In this document: positions 37,425 to 50,289 of the stretch, piece by piece | How the letters are laid out: each line of letters opens with the position of its first letter | How positions within the stretch are numbered: the stretch's first letter is position 1 | Source: Pristiophorus japonicus | Lineage: Eukaryota | Length of the DNA: 64,000 nt | Direction of reading: 5' to 3' | NCBI RefSeq assembly: GCF_044704955.1 | Contig: NC_091981.1 | Span: 71,734,001 to 71,798,000, forward strand | The notes under the pieces: generated by a model | What the model was told of the DNA's origin: nothing | The model's database searches: none | Seen by the model: the letters and a program-made list of their open reading frames with translations, nothing else | Program-made: the position numbers and the translations under genes

Positions 37425-38220
37425 AACGATTTGCCTTTATATAGCACCTTTAGCAAAAACATCCCAAGGCACTTCACAAAAGCATTTTCAAACAGAATTT
37501 GATGCCGAGCCACATTGAGAGATATTAGGGCAGTTGATTAAAAGCTTGGTCAAAGAGGTATGTTTTTAGGAGCGACTTAAAGTGACTGGGTGAAGAGCTT
37601 TAGGGAGAGAATTCCAGCACTTAGAGCCTAGGCCGCATAAGGCACGGCTGCCAGTGGTGGAACGATGAAAATCAGAAATACGCAAAAGGCCAGATTGGTA
37701 GGAGTGGAGCAATCTTGGAGGGTTGTAAGACTTGAGTTTAGAGATGGGGCAGGGCAAAGCCATAGAGGGATTTGAAAATGAGGATTTTAATTTTAAAATC
37801 CAGGTTTTGCTGGACCAGAAGCCAATATCAAAAGGGTGATGGATGAAGTGGACTGGGTGTGAGTGAGGATGTGGGTAGAGTTTCAGATGAGCTCCATTTT
37901 ATTTAGGGTGGAAGATAGAAGACCAGCATTGAAATAATCCAGTCTAGAGTTAATGAGGCGTGGATGAGGGTTTCAGCAGCAGATGAACTGAGGCATTGGT
38001 GGAGACAGGCAATATTGTGGAAGTTGAAGTGGGTGATCGACATGTTGAAGGATGAGAAGGGATTGTTTACCATGGTCATAGTCACATAGGATAGCAGTTG
38101 TGACTGATGAGGGCCAGTTCAGCACTGTGGCAGGGCCGGATACCTGATTGGGGGTTTCAGACTTGGAAATTGGGAAAGTTGGGCACAAATTTGGGAAGCA
38201 ACATGTTCAAGGACATTCGA
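37425..38220 (-). mobile_element. L2 LINE 3' fragment
   Basis: FHNIACLHQCLSSSAAETLIHA; GSRALCGLGSKCWNSLPKAL. Confidence 0.8.
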
Positions 38221-38539
38221 GAGGTGTTAAGGGTGCTAAAGATACTTTGTGCTAATGTAAGCTTAAAACGAGCTTAGCTTTGTAGGCCATGCCAGTACAG
38301 ATAGAATGACATCTTGAAGTCTATTTGTCTTTGCAGCTGCACAGGAAACAGGAGGATTTGACATGTTTATGATGGTTAGATGCCTGTAAGCTCTATATAA
38401 TGGGGAGGAGTATATAAATAAGACAAACATCATTCTATTATGGCCTTGCAATAGGTTATTATATATTATGTACCTTTCAAGTTAAAGAATTATAGCTCCA
38501 ATAAATGAAAAACCATTTTCTGGGAACTTAGCCTGTTTG

Positions 38540-39343
38540 TGTTGGGAGATATTTAATGTGGAATTGATGGGGATACTGGAAGGAAGGGTCCGTAAGCCCT
38601 TTGCATCATCTCTCCCTCGCCCTGATTAAGTGAAATGATACCCAGGACAGTCCCGATATGGGGTATTGAACCGAATATAGTGGGGTTTACATGTGCAGCT
38701 GTGATGTCAGAAACCCAAGTATTGGTAGCTTGTGGATTCGCGCTGGAATCAGACTCACCCCTCAGTAGTATGAATGTGCAGAGGTGGGGATTAGACCAGA
38801 TAAATTATGTTTATCTACAGATAGGCACCTATTGCTTCACCACTTGTGCTAAATCATACCAACATGGGCAGGATGAATGTCCAATAGATTATCCTACCTT
38901 TAGCTTTAAACCCACACAAACGGTCTGAATAAGCAGCAAAGCCCTCCTACCTGTAATAATTCACATTACTGAACTAAGAGTGAACTTTTCAATGCAAGCA
39001 GAAGCCCTGAGAGTAGTGGTTAACTTTGGACATCCAATTTCACCCTTATCCCTAAATCTTCAAGCCATTAAAGAAAGACCTTCAACTTCACAAGTACACT
39101 TGGTTCAGTTGCAGCAAAGCAATGATAGAACGCAGAGAGATTATGGCCCTAGGGAGTACCAGCTGGTGGGAAACCACATATAACGTGAGACAACACCCAT
39201 TGTATCGAATGATTTATATGGCAATCTTACCTATCCAAATTATGATTGTCATTTATCTTCGTGATTATGATGTGCTATCTGGGGATGTAATATATAAAGT
39301 TTCTAGGCGCGCTATGACTATGCATAGCTTAGATTTACAGTAA
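38540..39343 (+). pseudogene. 3' half of a retroviral env (Cys-rich region, heptad repeat, WW membrane-proximal motif, TM), degraded
   Basis: WEIFNVELMGILEGRVRK is homologous to 56984-57037. It continues YCFTTC..CP, then LQAIKE..LQQSND/IMALGSTSWWE and a hydrophobic MIYMAILPIQIMIVIYL. Confidence 0.65.
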
Positions 39344-39412
39344 TGCTTGTCAAAGTGGATTAGGGAAGTCGACGAATCAATATTTAAAACATTTCATCCT
39401 TGAGGTGGGGCT

Positions 39413-39782
39413 TGTAAGAAAGACTGGTATTAGTGATTCGTATATATATTCAATTTGTAGTCATTGACCAAATTAATCTTGCCCATGATTCTCTGTGGGC
39501 ATGGGAATGTTAGAGGATGCTCCACGCAAAAAAGCAGTTTTGACGAGGCTTGAATAACAAGTAGCCACGTGCTGCGAGTCTAGGTCAATTTCTTATAATA
39601 AAGCAACACTAACAGGATAAAGGAGCTCAAATAAGGCAGATTCCGAGGAGATGAAGGAATTTGTAAACAATTTAACATGGACAAAGTAGGGTTGATGACC
39701 ACTCCTGCCTTCAATAATTTTCCAAGATACCAGCTCTGGTTTGAGTGACGACTGGTATTTTGTTCATTGGTATCAGTTAACA
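39413..39782 (+). repeat. Putative LTR of provirus 1, preceded by a PPT-like tract
   Basis: gaggtggggct|TGTAAG ... TTAACA lies between the env end and gag. No second copy in the window and no clear PBS, so the boundaries are tentative. Confidence 0.4.
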
Positions 39783-39989
39783 AGGTGATTTTGTTAAAAG
39801 ACCCTGGCCAATGAACCTTCGATAAGAAATTGGTTAAAGCAACGATACGCAAAGGATACCTTCGCACAGACGACGTCACCTCTGTCCGGAAATTTCCAGA
39901 GATCAGAGACTGAGAGCTTTTGTTCAGCTATTGCCTTTTGTTAAGTATACTACTACTGTAAGTTTAATACATCTTTATCTATTGCTCAA

Positions 39990-42110
39990 AACATGGACAA
40001 GACACCATTAGACAGCCTAAGAACCTTTTAAAAAGCTGTACAAACTGGCACCCCAGATGGGACCAAGACAAAGCAGTTCGTATTGTGTAATAGATCGGTT
40101 GCCACACTCGAGGAAGGATTAACCACTAGTGGGGAATGCCCGTGGATTGTGTGCTAATAGTTTTGATTTTCGAGGTTTGTGAAGAAAATGGCCAGTAAGA
40201 GTTTGGTTAACGCGTATAAGACAAATTAGGCAAAGGTACCTGTGAGGATGAAGTACAGTTATTAGTGATGGAATGTTTAACTAAAGGAGACAGAGTCCCC
40301 TTTGAAGAATTTATTCAGGAACGTGAGAGTTTAAAAATTTTAAAGATAAGACTATGAGACTACTTGCCTATGCGGTATCTTATTGTGCTCAGAGAGATGC
40401 TGAGTACTGTAAGAAACAAAGTAAAGAGATAGAAGAGCTAAAAGAAAAAGTCAGGAGTTAGACTTAAAGGAACAGCAAGAACTGGAGGTGGAGGACCTAA
40501 AAGGAAAGCAAGTTCAGGAGGTGGGAGATTTGAAACGGCGAATTACCGACTTAAAGAGCCAGACCTCTCGAGCTGCGGTAGTTCTGCAACAGAGTGTGTG
40601 TGCGATCCAGGCAGGGAGCGCTATGCATGAACTAAAATAAACTAAGCAAGCATTACATTCTTGTGCGATCTACTAGATGCCAGAGGCGCCCTAAGGGAAG
40701 CTCTCCAGCGCCTTTAGAGAGACGGATCACACTCCGTGTAGGTTGAAGATATAGGAACTAGATGGGAAAGCTAGAAACATGGGAGGCTGTTGTAGCTGCC
40801 GTCACTGCCAGATCATATGTTTCAGCATTAGGGGCATCGGGCAGAGGTGAAGTGATAGACTGGGATGCCCTGGAAGGAAAGGCATATCAGCACAGCCGGC
40901 AGGATGGTTGGGGAGATCCCGGAGTGTGACTCAACAATAGTAAAGGACAGGCCTCTGAGTGTCATAGTTAGCACCCAGGCCTATAATGACAAAGGGGAGG
41001 ATCCCTCTTCCGAGAAGCGCTCCGTTCCCCTCAATGCTTCCGAATTACAGGCTTGTGTTAATGAGTTAGGCCCTATAACACTATCTGACTGCCCCATCGA
41101 TGTGAAGGTTCGATGGGACGCCTGGAGGACACAACGAATGCTGATTTGAAACGCGTCCTCCTCGCCAACCCTAAGATACGGCAAAATCTTCCGTTTCTGG
41201 TTTATAATATCGACACGACCTCAAAAGAGGTCATGGAGTCCATTCAGGAACAGTTAGGCATTAAAAGCATGGATATGGCCAATAAATTTCATCAAAACAC
41301 ACGGGGACCAGTAGAATCACCCATATATTCAAGAAGGAGTTAGATATAGCCCTTACGGCTAAAGGGATCAAGGGGTATGGAGAGAAAGCAGGAAAGGGGT
41401 ACTGAGGTGAATGATCAGCCATGATCTTATTGAATGGTGGTGCAGGCTCGAAGGGCCGAATGGCCTACTCCACCTATTTTCTATGTTTTTATGTTTGTAG
41501 GGATAGGCTCTACGTGGTTTATACTGGAACACAAGGGGTTGCCTGTGACTCTGAAGAGGAAGGGATGGACCAGTGGCTGTTCAAGAAACAATTCTTGAAT
41601 GGTTTACAGAACTCATCGAATGGGACACAATCTCAGCCGAGACTCAGTGGGCTGAGCTGTTTCAGACCACCAATCATGCATAGACTTTTGCCAGGGAGGA
41701 GTGTAGACCGAAAAATCCTATTGGTGTGGTAGACCGGCCAGCATTTAGGCCCTCTGCACCTCCTATTCCGCATTGATTCGAGTGAAATTGTTACAACCGT
41801 GGGATACCTGGACACCAGTCTAAAAACCTCAACAACAGGGCCAACGGTACCCGCCCTTTCGAGGAAATCCACCCTCGTACGTGACAAAACCCGCTAATCC
41901 TCTGGAGACCAAGGTAGATCAATGGCCGGAGAAATGAGTAAATGAATAGCCATATTAAACACCCACTTGGTCACAAGGGCCAATCCAGTGGCGACCGTTT
42001 CGCATCCGTCTGGGAAACAGCCACAGGGATCCCAGGCGATGTCACAATGAAGGGGACAGGCCCCCTCGTGATCAGAAGTGGGGTTCCGATGTGATTTTAA
42101 CAGGCGACCA
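39990..42110 (+). pseudogene. gag remnant of provirus 1 (coiled-coil N-region, capsid-like region)
   Basis: KEIEELKEKV and EVEDLKGKQVQEVGDLKRRITDLK; VPLNASELQACVNELG; GPVESP|RDRLYVVY..FKKQFLNGL across a CR1 insertion; sits directly upstream of the protease. Confidence 0.65.
41324..41477 (+). mobile_element. Short CR1 3' end inserted in gag
   Basis: aagggatcaaggggtatggagagaaagcagg...tttctatgtttttatg. Confidence 0.9.
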
Positions 42111-43118
42111 GAAATTATGATTGTTTTACGGGGACGGGAAGAGGGTGGGGGGAACAACAAATTATGCTTATTGATATCGGCTCATCCGTTACCATCATCC
42201 ATACCCCACACCCTGAACGCCATGCTGCGGCGGGCAAAGGCTGCTTAACGTTACGAGGCTTTGATGGGAGGGCAACCTCTGCTCTTAAGGGAGAAATGAT
42301 AACTTTGTGCGTGAACGGGATTGATTTGACTGTTGATGACCCTGTCATGGTGACAACTCCTGACAGGAGGGGTATATTGGGAAGTGATGTTTTGGAAGGG
42401 TACGGGCCAATTATTGATTACAATCTTTGGATTGGGACAGGAGGTAGTGAACTGGTCAAAATATCGGATGCCCACTCCGTATTTGCGATTAAGAGGACTT
42501 GTCTGTACGAGATGCCAGATCACCCAGATGAGCAGGTCAGAGTATTATTTCAAATGCACTCACCCGCATTCACCACTAGCGAGCATGATTGCGGTTGAAT
42601 GGAGGGTGAGGAGATGAATAATGGCCGTCCCCCACTCCTTTGTTAAACAGTACCCAATTCCCAAAGAAAGTCATCCCTATATTCGAGATGTCATCGAATC
42701 CCTTTTACAACAAGGCATTCTGAGAACTGCCACTTTCATGACCAATTCACAGGCTTGGCCAATTCGGAAGCCGGACGATAGCTTGAGGCTCACTATTGAT
42801 TACCAAAGCCTTAACAAGGTTACGCCTATGTTAAGGATGCTCCAACTTTACTTTCAGAACTCCCAAAAGGCTTTAAATACTACTCCACGATAGACATTGC
42901 AAACGGCAATGTCTATCGTGGAGTATTCCTGTTAGAACAGAGGATCAATATAAATTTGCTTTCACCTTTGAGGACCAGAGTAACACGGGGACGTGCCTAC
43001 CCAAGGCTTCCACAATGCCCCCACCATCTTCCATACCAGAATGACACGGATTCTGATAGCTTTTTCTAAGCCCCAGTGCCTGCTTCTGTATGTCGCTGAT
43101 TTGTTACTGGCGACCAGG

Positions 43119-44040
43119 TGTAGTGTATGCAGGCACCTTTTGGTAATGACTCCACGAGGCAGGGTATGGTATTTAAACTGTGTAGACTGTACTCCTTTAT
43201 TTGCAGCTCCTTGAGTGAGGACACCAAGCTGTGAGCTCCCTTTTATATTGGGTTACCCGCAGTGTGTAGGTAATCCTTTGGTCTCAAGCAGCAGCATCCT
43301 CTGGTGTACAGTAAGGTGTGTACAGTGTAAGGTACATTCAGTGTTACAGACATCATATAACAATACAAGCATGCATACATAACAACACTCCCCCTAAGCA
43401 TTTTTGAAGTCCTTATTGTAATGACCTGGGAGGTGATCAGTAGTGGGCTATGGGAGGTTGTGGTGAGGGTTGTGTGGGGGCCAGGTGTGATCCCTGTACT
43501 TGAGACTGGCCTCATACATTCCTCCCTCCCCACCCTCACACACAGACCATGTGGGTGCTACTGTTGTGGGATCTCTCAGTGGGGTAGTCATTGCAGCAGT
43601 GGGTAGGGTGCATACTCTGTGATGTGGGTAGTTGTGTGGTGGTGGGCAGGGCCACAGGACTGTCTGGGCACCTTTTTCTCCAATTGGAGTTTCTGGCCAT
43701 CTCGGTTTGCCAGGAAAGCTGGAGGGTATTGGCCTCTCGCTCCTGGTGTTGGCCCTTGTGACCAGGGAAGTGTAGGGCTGGTCTGGGGCAGGTTGCCAGT
43801 GGTGGTGGCTGTGCTGCCCATTGACACAAATTGCTCTCTGACGACATCACAGTCACCCTGCAGAAAGCAATTCAAGTGAGCCAGGCCTACATGGCTTTGG
43901 TCGGTGACTCCAGACGAATACTAACCCAGGACTCTAAACCGGCGAGTGAAGTGCACCGCATGGCTACTTCTAAAGGCAGAAATGCTGCCGCGAGTCACGC
44001 AACCTAAGTCCGTCACATGGGACAAACCAGATGGCCCCAT
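43119..44040 (-). mobile_element. Gypsy-like LTR element fragment inserted in RT: LTR 43119-43383, PPT and short internal region
   Basis: TG...CA bounded ~265-bp segment with minus-strand TATA and AATAAA; minus-strand PPT agggggagtgt abuts the LTR; interrupts pol right after YVADLLLAT. Confidence 0.7.
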
Positions 44041-45233
44041 GCTGGTGCTGTGGAGGAAACCACAGGGCCCACCAAGGCCCACCTGACAAAAACAAGATAG
44101 ACATCATCCAACGGCTCCCGCTTCCTGTGTCCAGACAGTGCTACGATCGTTTTTGGGAATAGTGGGATACCAGCATAATTTTATTCCCGGATTTGCAGAA
44201 CTTGCAAAGCCCCTCTATGAACTGTTGAAAGGAAAGGAGGATCAAGTCTCCTCCCTATGGGGGCCAGATCACACCGCCGCAGTTGAGAAATTGAAACAAG
44301 CTGTTATGCAGACTACATGTCGCCTGACCCGATACAACCATTCCATCTCGAGGCCGCATCTACTGACCATAGTCTGACTGTGGTCTTATGTCAAGAATGA
44401 TCAGATAGGTTATAACCTGTAGCCTATGCTTCACAGGTTTTGCAGGGGCCAGAAACAATATATTCAGCCTTTGAGCACCACCTATTGGTGACATTCTGGG
44501 CCACTCAACACTTTACCTACATCATAGGCTTCCAGAGGGTTATCTTGCATTCCCCTCACACCCCACTGAACCTCTTTATCAAACCAAGCGATTGTTTGAT
44601 CTAATCCCAATGCATTAGTAAATGGACTTTGTAACTATTAAAACGGGACATTGATATAACCTCCAAACAGACTACTCTTTTACCATAGATACTTGCATAA
44701 GAGGGACACCCTCACAAGTTTCCACTGCCCTTAATAGACTTTAATTCCCATCCTGTTTTGCGATCGCCAATAGGAGGAGCCTCTGAAGTATACATGGATG
44801 GTTCCTCCTATCACATACAGGGCTCACCCCATATCAGTTGTGCTGTGGTCCTCCCTGAAAAAACTCTCAAGTTTAAAAGTAACAAACATTCAAGCCAATA
44901 TGCAGAGATTTTGGCCCTCCTCATTATCATTCAAGAAACTTCTGAGTACCCGGCGAACATTTGGTCTGACTGCCTATGCCATCAATGCTATGCTGTCCCT
45001 TCCCCTCGACCAAAAGAACTCCTACTTCTCATCAGATGGTAGACTCATGGGCCATGGCTATGTCTCTGGTGGCAGGCTTTGAAGGCACGCCGAAAGCCCT
45101 GTCATATTGGCAAGGTTAATGCCCATAAGAGAGACCAGTCCACTCACGCCCTCTGGAAGATGTAGCTACTAGAGAAGCAGCCCTGATAGGTAATCCCCTC
45201 CCTTTACAACTTGAGGTGGTAGTCCCAGTTGTC

Positions 45234-48115
45234 ATGGTTAGCGAAGGAGCGGCGAGAGATTGTAGAGGGACATGATCGGGGCCTAGGGGAGGCATGAGTT
45301 CAGGGCCAGCGGCCCAGGGGCAGCAAGGACCAGCCCACACTGCGATGTGTGCGCATGCGGAGTTCCGTCCAGCAGTCGTCGGCTCCTGTCACGGCGTGGG
45401 TAATGCGCACATCCTTGCGATCCATGATGATGACATAGTTGAGCAGGTGCCAGTGTTTGGAGCGAGGGTGTTGCCATGATGCCTTGTATTTGTCCCTCAG
45501 GTGGAACAAGGTGTTGGTGATGACAAGTTCATGCTCAAGACATTTTGTCAGGAGTAGGGTACCGTTGGAGTTGGCTTTCCCTACCCCCCTCTGCGAATCA
45601 TGCCTCCCCAGGTCTGTGTCCTTGCTGACCCTGGCGTTGAAGTACTGAGGAGGATCAGTTTGTTGCCTGCGGGGACGCAAGACAGGGATGTTTCGAGGTT
45701 GGTGTAAAAACCCTCTTTGGCCTCATCAGTTGCATCGAGTGTTGGGGCATACGCACTGATGGCTGTGGCGGACTGGTTCCAGGAGAGAGTGAGTCGAAGA
45801 GTCATGAGGCATTCGTTAACACCACAGGGGGAGTCTTTGAGGCGATTAACCAGCTTGTTTTTGATGGCGAAGCCGACTCCGTGGAGGCGGCGTTCTTCCT
45901 CTAGTTTCCCTTTCCAAAAGAAGGTATAACCTTCACCTTGTTCCTTGAGCTGGCCTTCCCCTGCCCACTGGGTCTTGCTTAGGGTGATGATGTCGATATC
46001 AAAGCATCTTAAGTTCCCGGGAAGCTATGGCGGTGCGGCATCCCGGCCCATCGCTATTGGGGTTGTCCATGAGGGTCCTGACGTTCCAGGTCCCAAACTT
46101 CATGTTAACGGACTGGAAGATGCCTGTGCATGAGTTCTTTTAACGTGGGGTGGTCGTTGCACACCAGCAACCACACGGGCTTAGCTGAGCAAGATCTTGA
46201 TCCAGTGGCAAGGGTTCCAAGACGACTGGAGACCAGGTACTGCTACATGGGCTTAGTTGCCTACGGCGAGATATTGGCCTCAGGTTCGGCGCTGGGTAGC
46301 GCCCTTGGTGGTAGGTGGTCCAAGGCCTGGTTGGGGACAGGCATTGGGAGGATCAGTGGCTCACTGGAGTTCAGGGTGGGAGGGCAGGGGGGGTCACAGC
46401 CATGGAACTCACCACGTGTTGGAGGAGGAGGCCAGGTCACCAGTGGGGGCAGAGAGTTCCAGTCGTCGTTGAGGAGGAGGTTGTCTGTCGACATGGGAGG
46501 TCCAGCCGTCGTTAAGGGGGCCCAGGCTCCGTCATGGAGGAGAGGCCCATCTGCCATCACTGGAGATGTTTCGATCAGATCACCACTGGAGTTGGGGCCT
46601 ACCGCAGGCTTCCCACCCCAACGGAGTTCGTCGGGGGATGTCGGAGGTCGCAGGAGGTCGCCGGGGGTTGTCGGAGGCTGTTCTTGGCCAGCAGTGGGGT
46701 GGGGCCTTGGGTATTTGCCCATAGGTGGCCTTGACTGCGATGAAGAATTCTCACACATCACGGTTGTCAGCCAGCTGATGTATCTCCTGTGCTTTCTCCA
46801 TCCCGGATTTTTTGTTGGACCTCAGCCTTGAGCCGTCTGTAATGCTGCTTCCAACCTGCGCTGTCTCCAGGTCAGGTCCAAGACCCCCCCAACCTCTGTC
46901 GTCGAGCTACAGTACGCGGACGATGCCTGCGTCTGCGCACATACAGAGGCTGAACTCCAGGACATAGTCGACATATTTACTGAGGCGTACGAAAGCATGA
47001 GCCTGACGCTAAACATCTGTAAGACAAAGGTCCTCCACCAGCCTGTCCTCACCGCACAGCACTGCCCCCCAGTCATCAAGATCCACGGTGCGGCACTGGA
47101 CACCGTGGACCACTTCCCATATCTCGGGAGCCTCCTATCAACAAGAGCAGGCATCGACGACGAGATTCAACACCGCCTCCAGTGTACCAGTGCCGCCTTC
47201 GGCCGCCTGAGGAAACAAGTGTTTGAAGACCAGGCCCTCAAAACTGCCACCAAGCTCATGGTCTACAGGGCTGTAGTAATACCTGCCCTCCTGTATGGCT
47301 CAGAGACATGGACCATGTACAGCAGACATCTCAAGTTGCTGGAGAAATATTATTAACGATGTCTCTGCAAGATCCTACAAATCTCCTGGGAGTACAGGCG
47401 CACCAACTTCAGTGTCCTCATCCAGGCTAACATCCCCAGCATTGAAACACTCAATCAGCTCCGCTGGGCAGGCCACATAGTTCACCTGCCAGACACGAGA
47501 CTCCCAAAGCAAGTGCTCTACTTGGAACTCCTTCACGGCAAACGAGCCAAAGGTGGGCAGTGGAAATGCTACAAGGACACCCTCAGCCTCCCTGATAAAG
47601 TGCAACATCCCTACTGACACCTGGGAGTCCCTGGCCCAAGACCGCCCGAAGTGGAGGAAGTGCATCTGAGAAAGCGCTGAGCACCTCGAGTCTCAATGCC
47701 GAGAGCATGCAGAAAGCAGCGGAAAAATCTTGTGGCAAACCAGTCTCACCCACCCCTTCCCTCAACGGCTATCTGTCCCACCTATGGCTCTCGTATTGGA
47801 CTGTTCAGCCACCAAAGAACTCACTTCAGGAGTGGAAGCAAGTCTTCCTCTATTCCGAGGGACTGCCTGTGATGATGATGATGTGTGCGCACTCGGTCCG
47901 TGCAGCAGAGCTGGTCTCCAGTCGTCTTGGGTAATCCTTGCCACTGGACCAAGACCTTGCTCTGTCAAGCCCGTGTGGTGGCTGGTGTGTAATGGCCACC
48001 ACATGTTTAAAAAAAAACACGCACAAGCATCTTCCACCCTTCAGGATGTAGTTCAGGTCTTTCATTGAAACACCTGTGAACTCATCCTTTTTTGGCATGG
48101 GACTGCCTATGACTG
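45234..48115 (+). mobile_element. Non-autonomous RTE-derived element (45234-45355 + 47880-48115) split by an RTE LINE
   Basis: The two halves rejoin to match 12800-13130. Confidence 0.75.
45356..47879. mobile_element. RTE-clade LINE with an inverted 5' part (45356-~46820, minus: 5'UTR + APE) and a sense 3' part (~46830-47879: RT C-half, (GAT)n tail)
   Basis: Minus strand: ISAYAPTL, NSNGTLLL..LVITNTLF..WQHPRSKHWHLLNYVI. Plus strand: LQYADDA, LNICKTKV, FPYLGS, LLYGSETW. 12-bp TSD gatgtgtgcgca at 45344-45355 and 47880-47891. Confidence 0.9.
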
Positions 48116-49944
48116 ACTGGTTAATTCAGCTCTCAATCTGGCTTCCCTTCAGAAAGAGTATAGACACCATCAGTTGGTCATCAATTGGCATGAACAAGGT
48201 GAATCCTTACCGGCACCCACTGCATGGGCCTCCAAAACCCTTCTTATCACAACTGGTACACAACCATTACTTATGTATCAACATGCCGCAGATAAGTGCC
48301 CGACTGTCTGTATTCCCCCAAAACTGGCAGATGAATTCTTGTTCCTATTTCACTCCCACCCAGTAGGAAGTCATTACTCGGCAGAAGTCACTTTTGCAAA
48401 AATTATCTCCATGGCCTGGTGGTCTAATATGAAGGAACTGTAAATTTAAGTTTCACAATGCATTCCTTTTTTACAGCAGAACCCCTCCCCTTGTTCCAAC
48501 CATGCCCTCCTTCAAAGCCAGCCAGGCCTTGATGGGCCCTGGACTCATGTTCAAATTGATTTTATTGGTCCACTCTCACTATCGCAGGGTAATTATAAAT
48601 ATGCCTTCGTTATCATCGACCAGTTCACTAAATGGATCGAGGCCTTCCTGTCCAGATCCAATACTGGGCTTGTTGCAGCCAAGTATTTATTGAGTGCGGT
48701 GTTCTGTAGGTCAAGTTGCCACTTCAAGTTGATAGCAATCGGGGCACCCACTTCACTGGTGAAGTTTTTACCAAATTACAGGAACTTATAGGAATTACAC
48801 ACAAGCTACATATAGCCCATCATCCCCAATCGTCCAGGATTGTAGAAAGAGAAAATCGTACATTGAAATCCATGTTAGGGAAAATGTGTACAGAACACCC
48901 CACTCAATATGTTACTGATGTGTTTGATGGCAATTCGGTCCATGCCATATAGGACCACGGGGCTATCACCTTACCAGGCAATGACTGAGAGGTTGATGAG
49001 GATTACAGATCATCTGACTTTGACTGGCATTACCCCCCTCATGCAACAACCACTGATAGTCGGAGCACACAGTGGAGGATATATATGAAGTTAACCGACA
49101 CGTGACAAAGAATTTAGGAAATCTAAAACCCAAATCAAGAAATACTTTGACAAGAAGGTTCGACCTTTTGAGTACCAGATAGGTGACAATGTCATGGTGT
49201 TAAATTGTGGGAAAAAGGACAATGTGTTTGCTCCCAAATGGAAGGGACCCTATTTGATCGTGGATACATTGAATCCAGCCATGTATCTGGTTCAGTACCC
49301 TAAAGGGGGAGTCGAAAAGAAGAAAGTAACTTAAGTGGTACCACTTAAATCAGTTAAAGACTGTGAAAGAATAAATACTGCACTCTGTGGGGTCAAGTTT
49401 CGGCCTGAGTTGCTCCAATTTTTTTGGAGCAACTAGTTTAGAATGGAGTATCTTAGAAATTGCAATTCTTGGCATTTAGTTTGCTCCAGTTCTAGTCAGT
49501 TAGAACAGTTTTATTTTGGAACAGATTTTTTTTCAAAAGGGGGTGTGTCCGGCCATTTACACCTGTTTTGAAAGTTTAGGCAGTGAAAACGTACTCCAAA
49601 CTAACTTAGAATGGAGTAAGTCTAGATTTAAGCCAGTGACTCGACGGCAGCCCAACAACAACGGCAGCAAGCAGCCTTCGAGCTGCGGTGCTTCAGGCAG
49701 GCCTTCCTTTCATGTAGGAGACAGGGGAGGCGTCAGTGTCTCGACAGCAGCCAAAGACACAGCAAGCAGCCTTCGAGCTGCGAGGGTAACTGAGGCCATT
49801 CGGTCACGGGATAGGGGCGGCTGCAGTGGCTGACGGCGGCCGAAGACACAGCAAGCAGCCTTCGAGCTGTGAGGGAGGCTGAGGCCATTTGGTCAGGGAC
49901 AGGGATGGGCAGCCAGATAGCCAGTTTGAAACTTAAATTTGTAA

Positions 49945-50289
49945 TTGCAGAATGGGTGCTGCATTGTCAACACCACGAGGAACATCATAGCCCGTAGGCT
50001 GATGGGCAGGAGACCTTACCCACGTCGACAATATCGAGCCAGGCACTCGTACCTGGACATGAGTGAGGCTGATTGTGTCAAAAGGCTGTGTTTCCGCAGA
50101 AAAGATGTCGTTGAGATCTGTGATATGCTGAGAGCAGATTTGCAGCCCAGAAGCAGAACGCCAACTGCCTTGTCTGTTGAAGTAAAGGTAACAGCTGCCA
50201 GAGGTCGGAGGAGGGCCATCCATCGTGCCCCTTTTACGATTGCTCGAGCCTTGCGCCAGCAGCTCATCCGTGAACACTTCAACTACTGA
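49945..50289 (+). pseudogene. Harbinger transposase remnant: N-terminus joined in frame to the extreme C-terminus
   Basis: YLDMSEADCVKRLCF..LQPRSRTPTALSVEVKVTAA, then directly ARALRQQLIREHF; no DDE core. Confidence 0.75.

Larger units (their letters stand above)
42110..49374 (+). pseudogene. pol remnant of provirus 1: protease, RT, tether, RNase H, integrase (spuma/lokiretrovirus-like); interrupted at 43119-44040 and 45234-48115
   Basis: Protease LIDIGSSVTII..GILGSDVL. RT VKQYPIP..WPIRKPDDSLRLTIDYQSLNKVTP, QGFHNAPTIF, YVADLL. LRSFLGIVGY, then PVAYASQVL (tether). RNase H YMDGSS..SSQYAEILAL..IWSD. Integrase H..H, PWTHVQIDFIGP, DSNRGTHF, HPQSSRIVERENRTLK, PKWKGPY. Confidence 0.9.

Noticed and set aside
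38225-38520. TG-start segment with TATA-like and AATAAA motifs, possible LTR
   Set aside because: No PBS, no second copy and no clear CA end; could be AT-rich host DNA
39768-39776. TGGTATCAG as PBS of provirus 1
   Set aside because: Resembles the plant tRNA-iMet PBS for only 9 nt and does not match the vertebrate tRNA; PBS left unassigned
46130-46831. 233-aa Gly-rich / 166-aa Pro-rich ORF pair
   Set aside because: GC-rich 5' region of the inverted RTE segment; no recognisable domain (a short RTE upstream ORF cannot be excluded)
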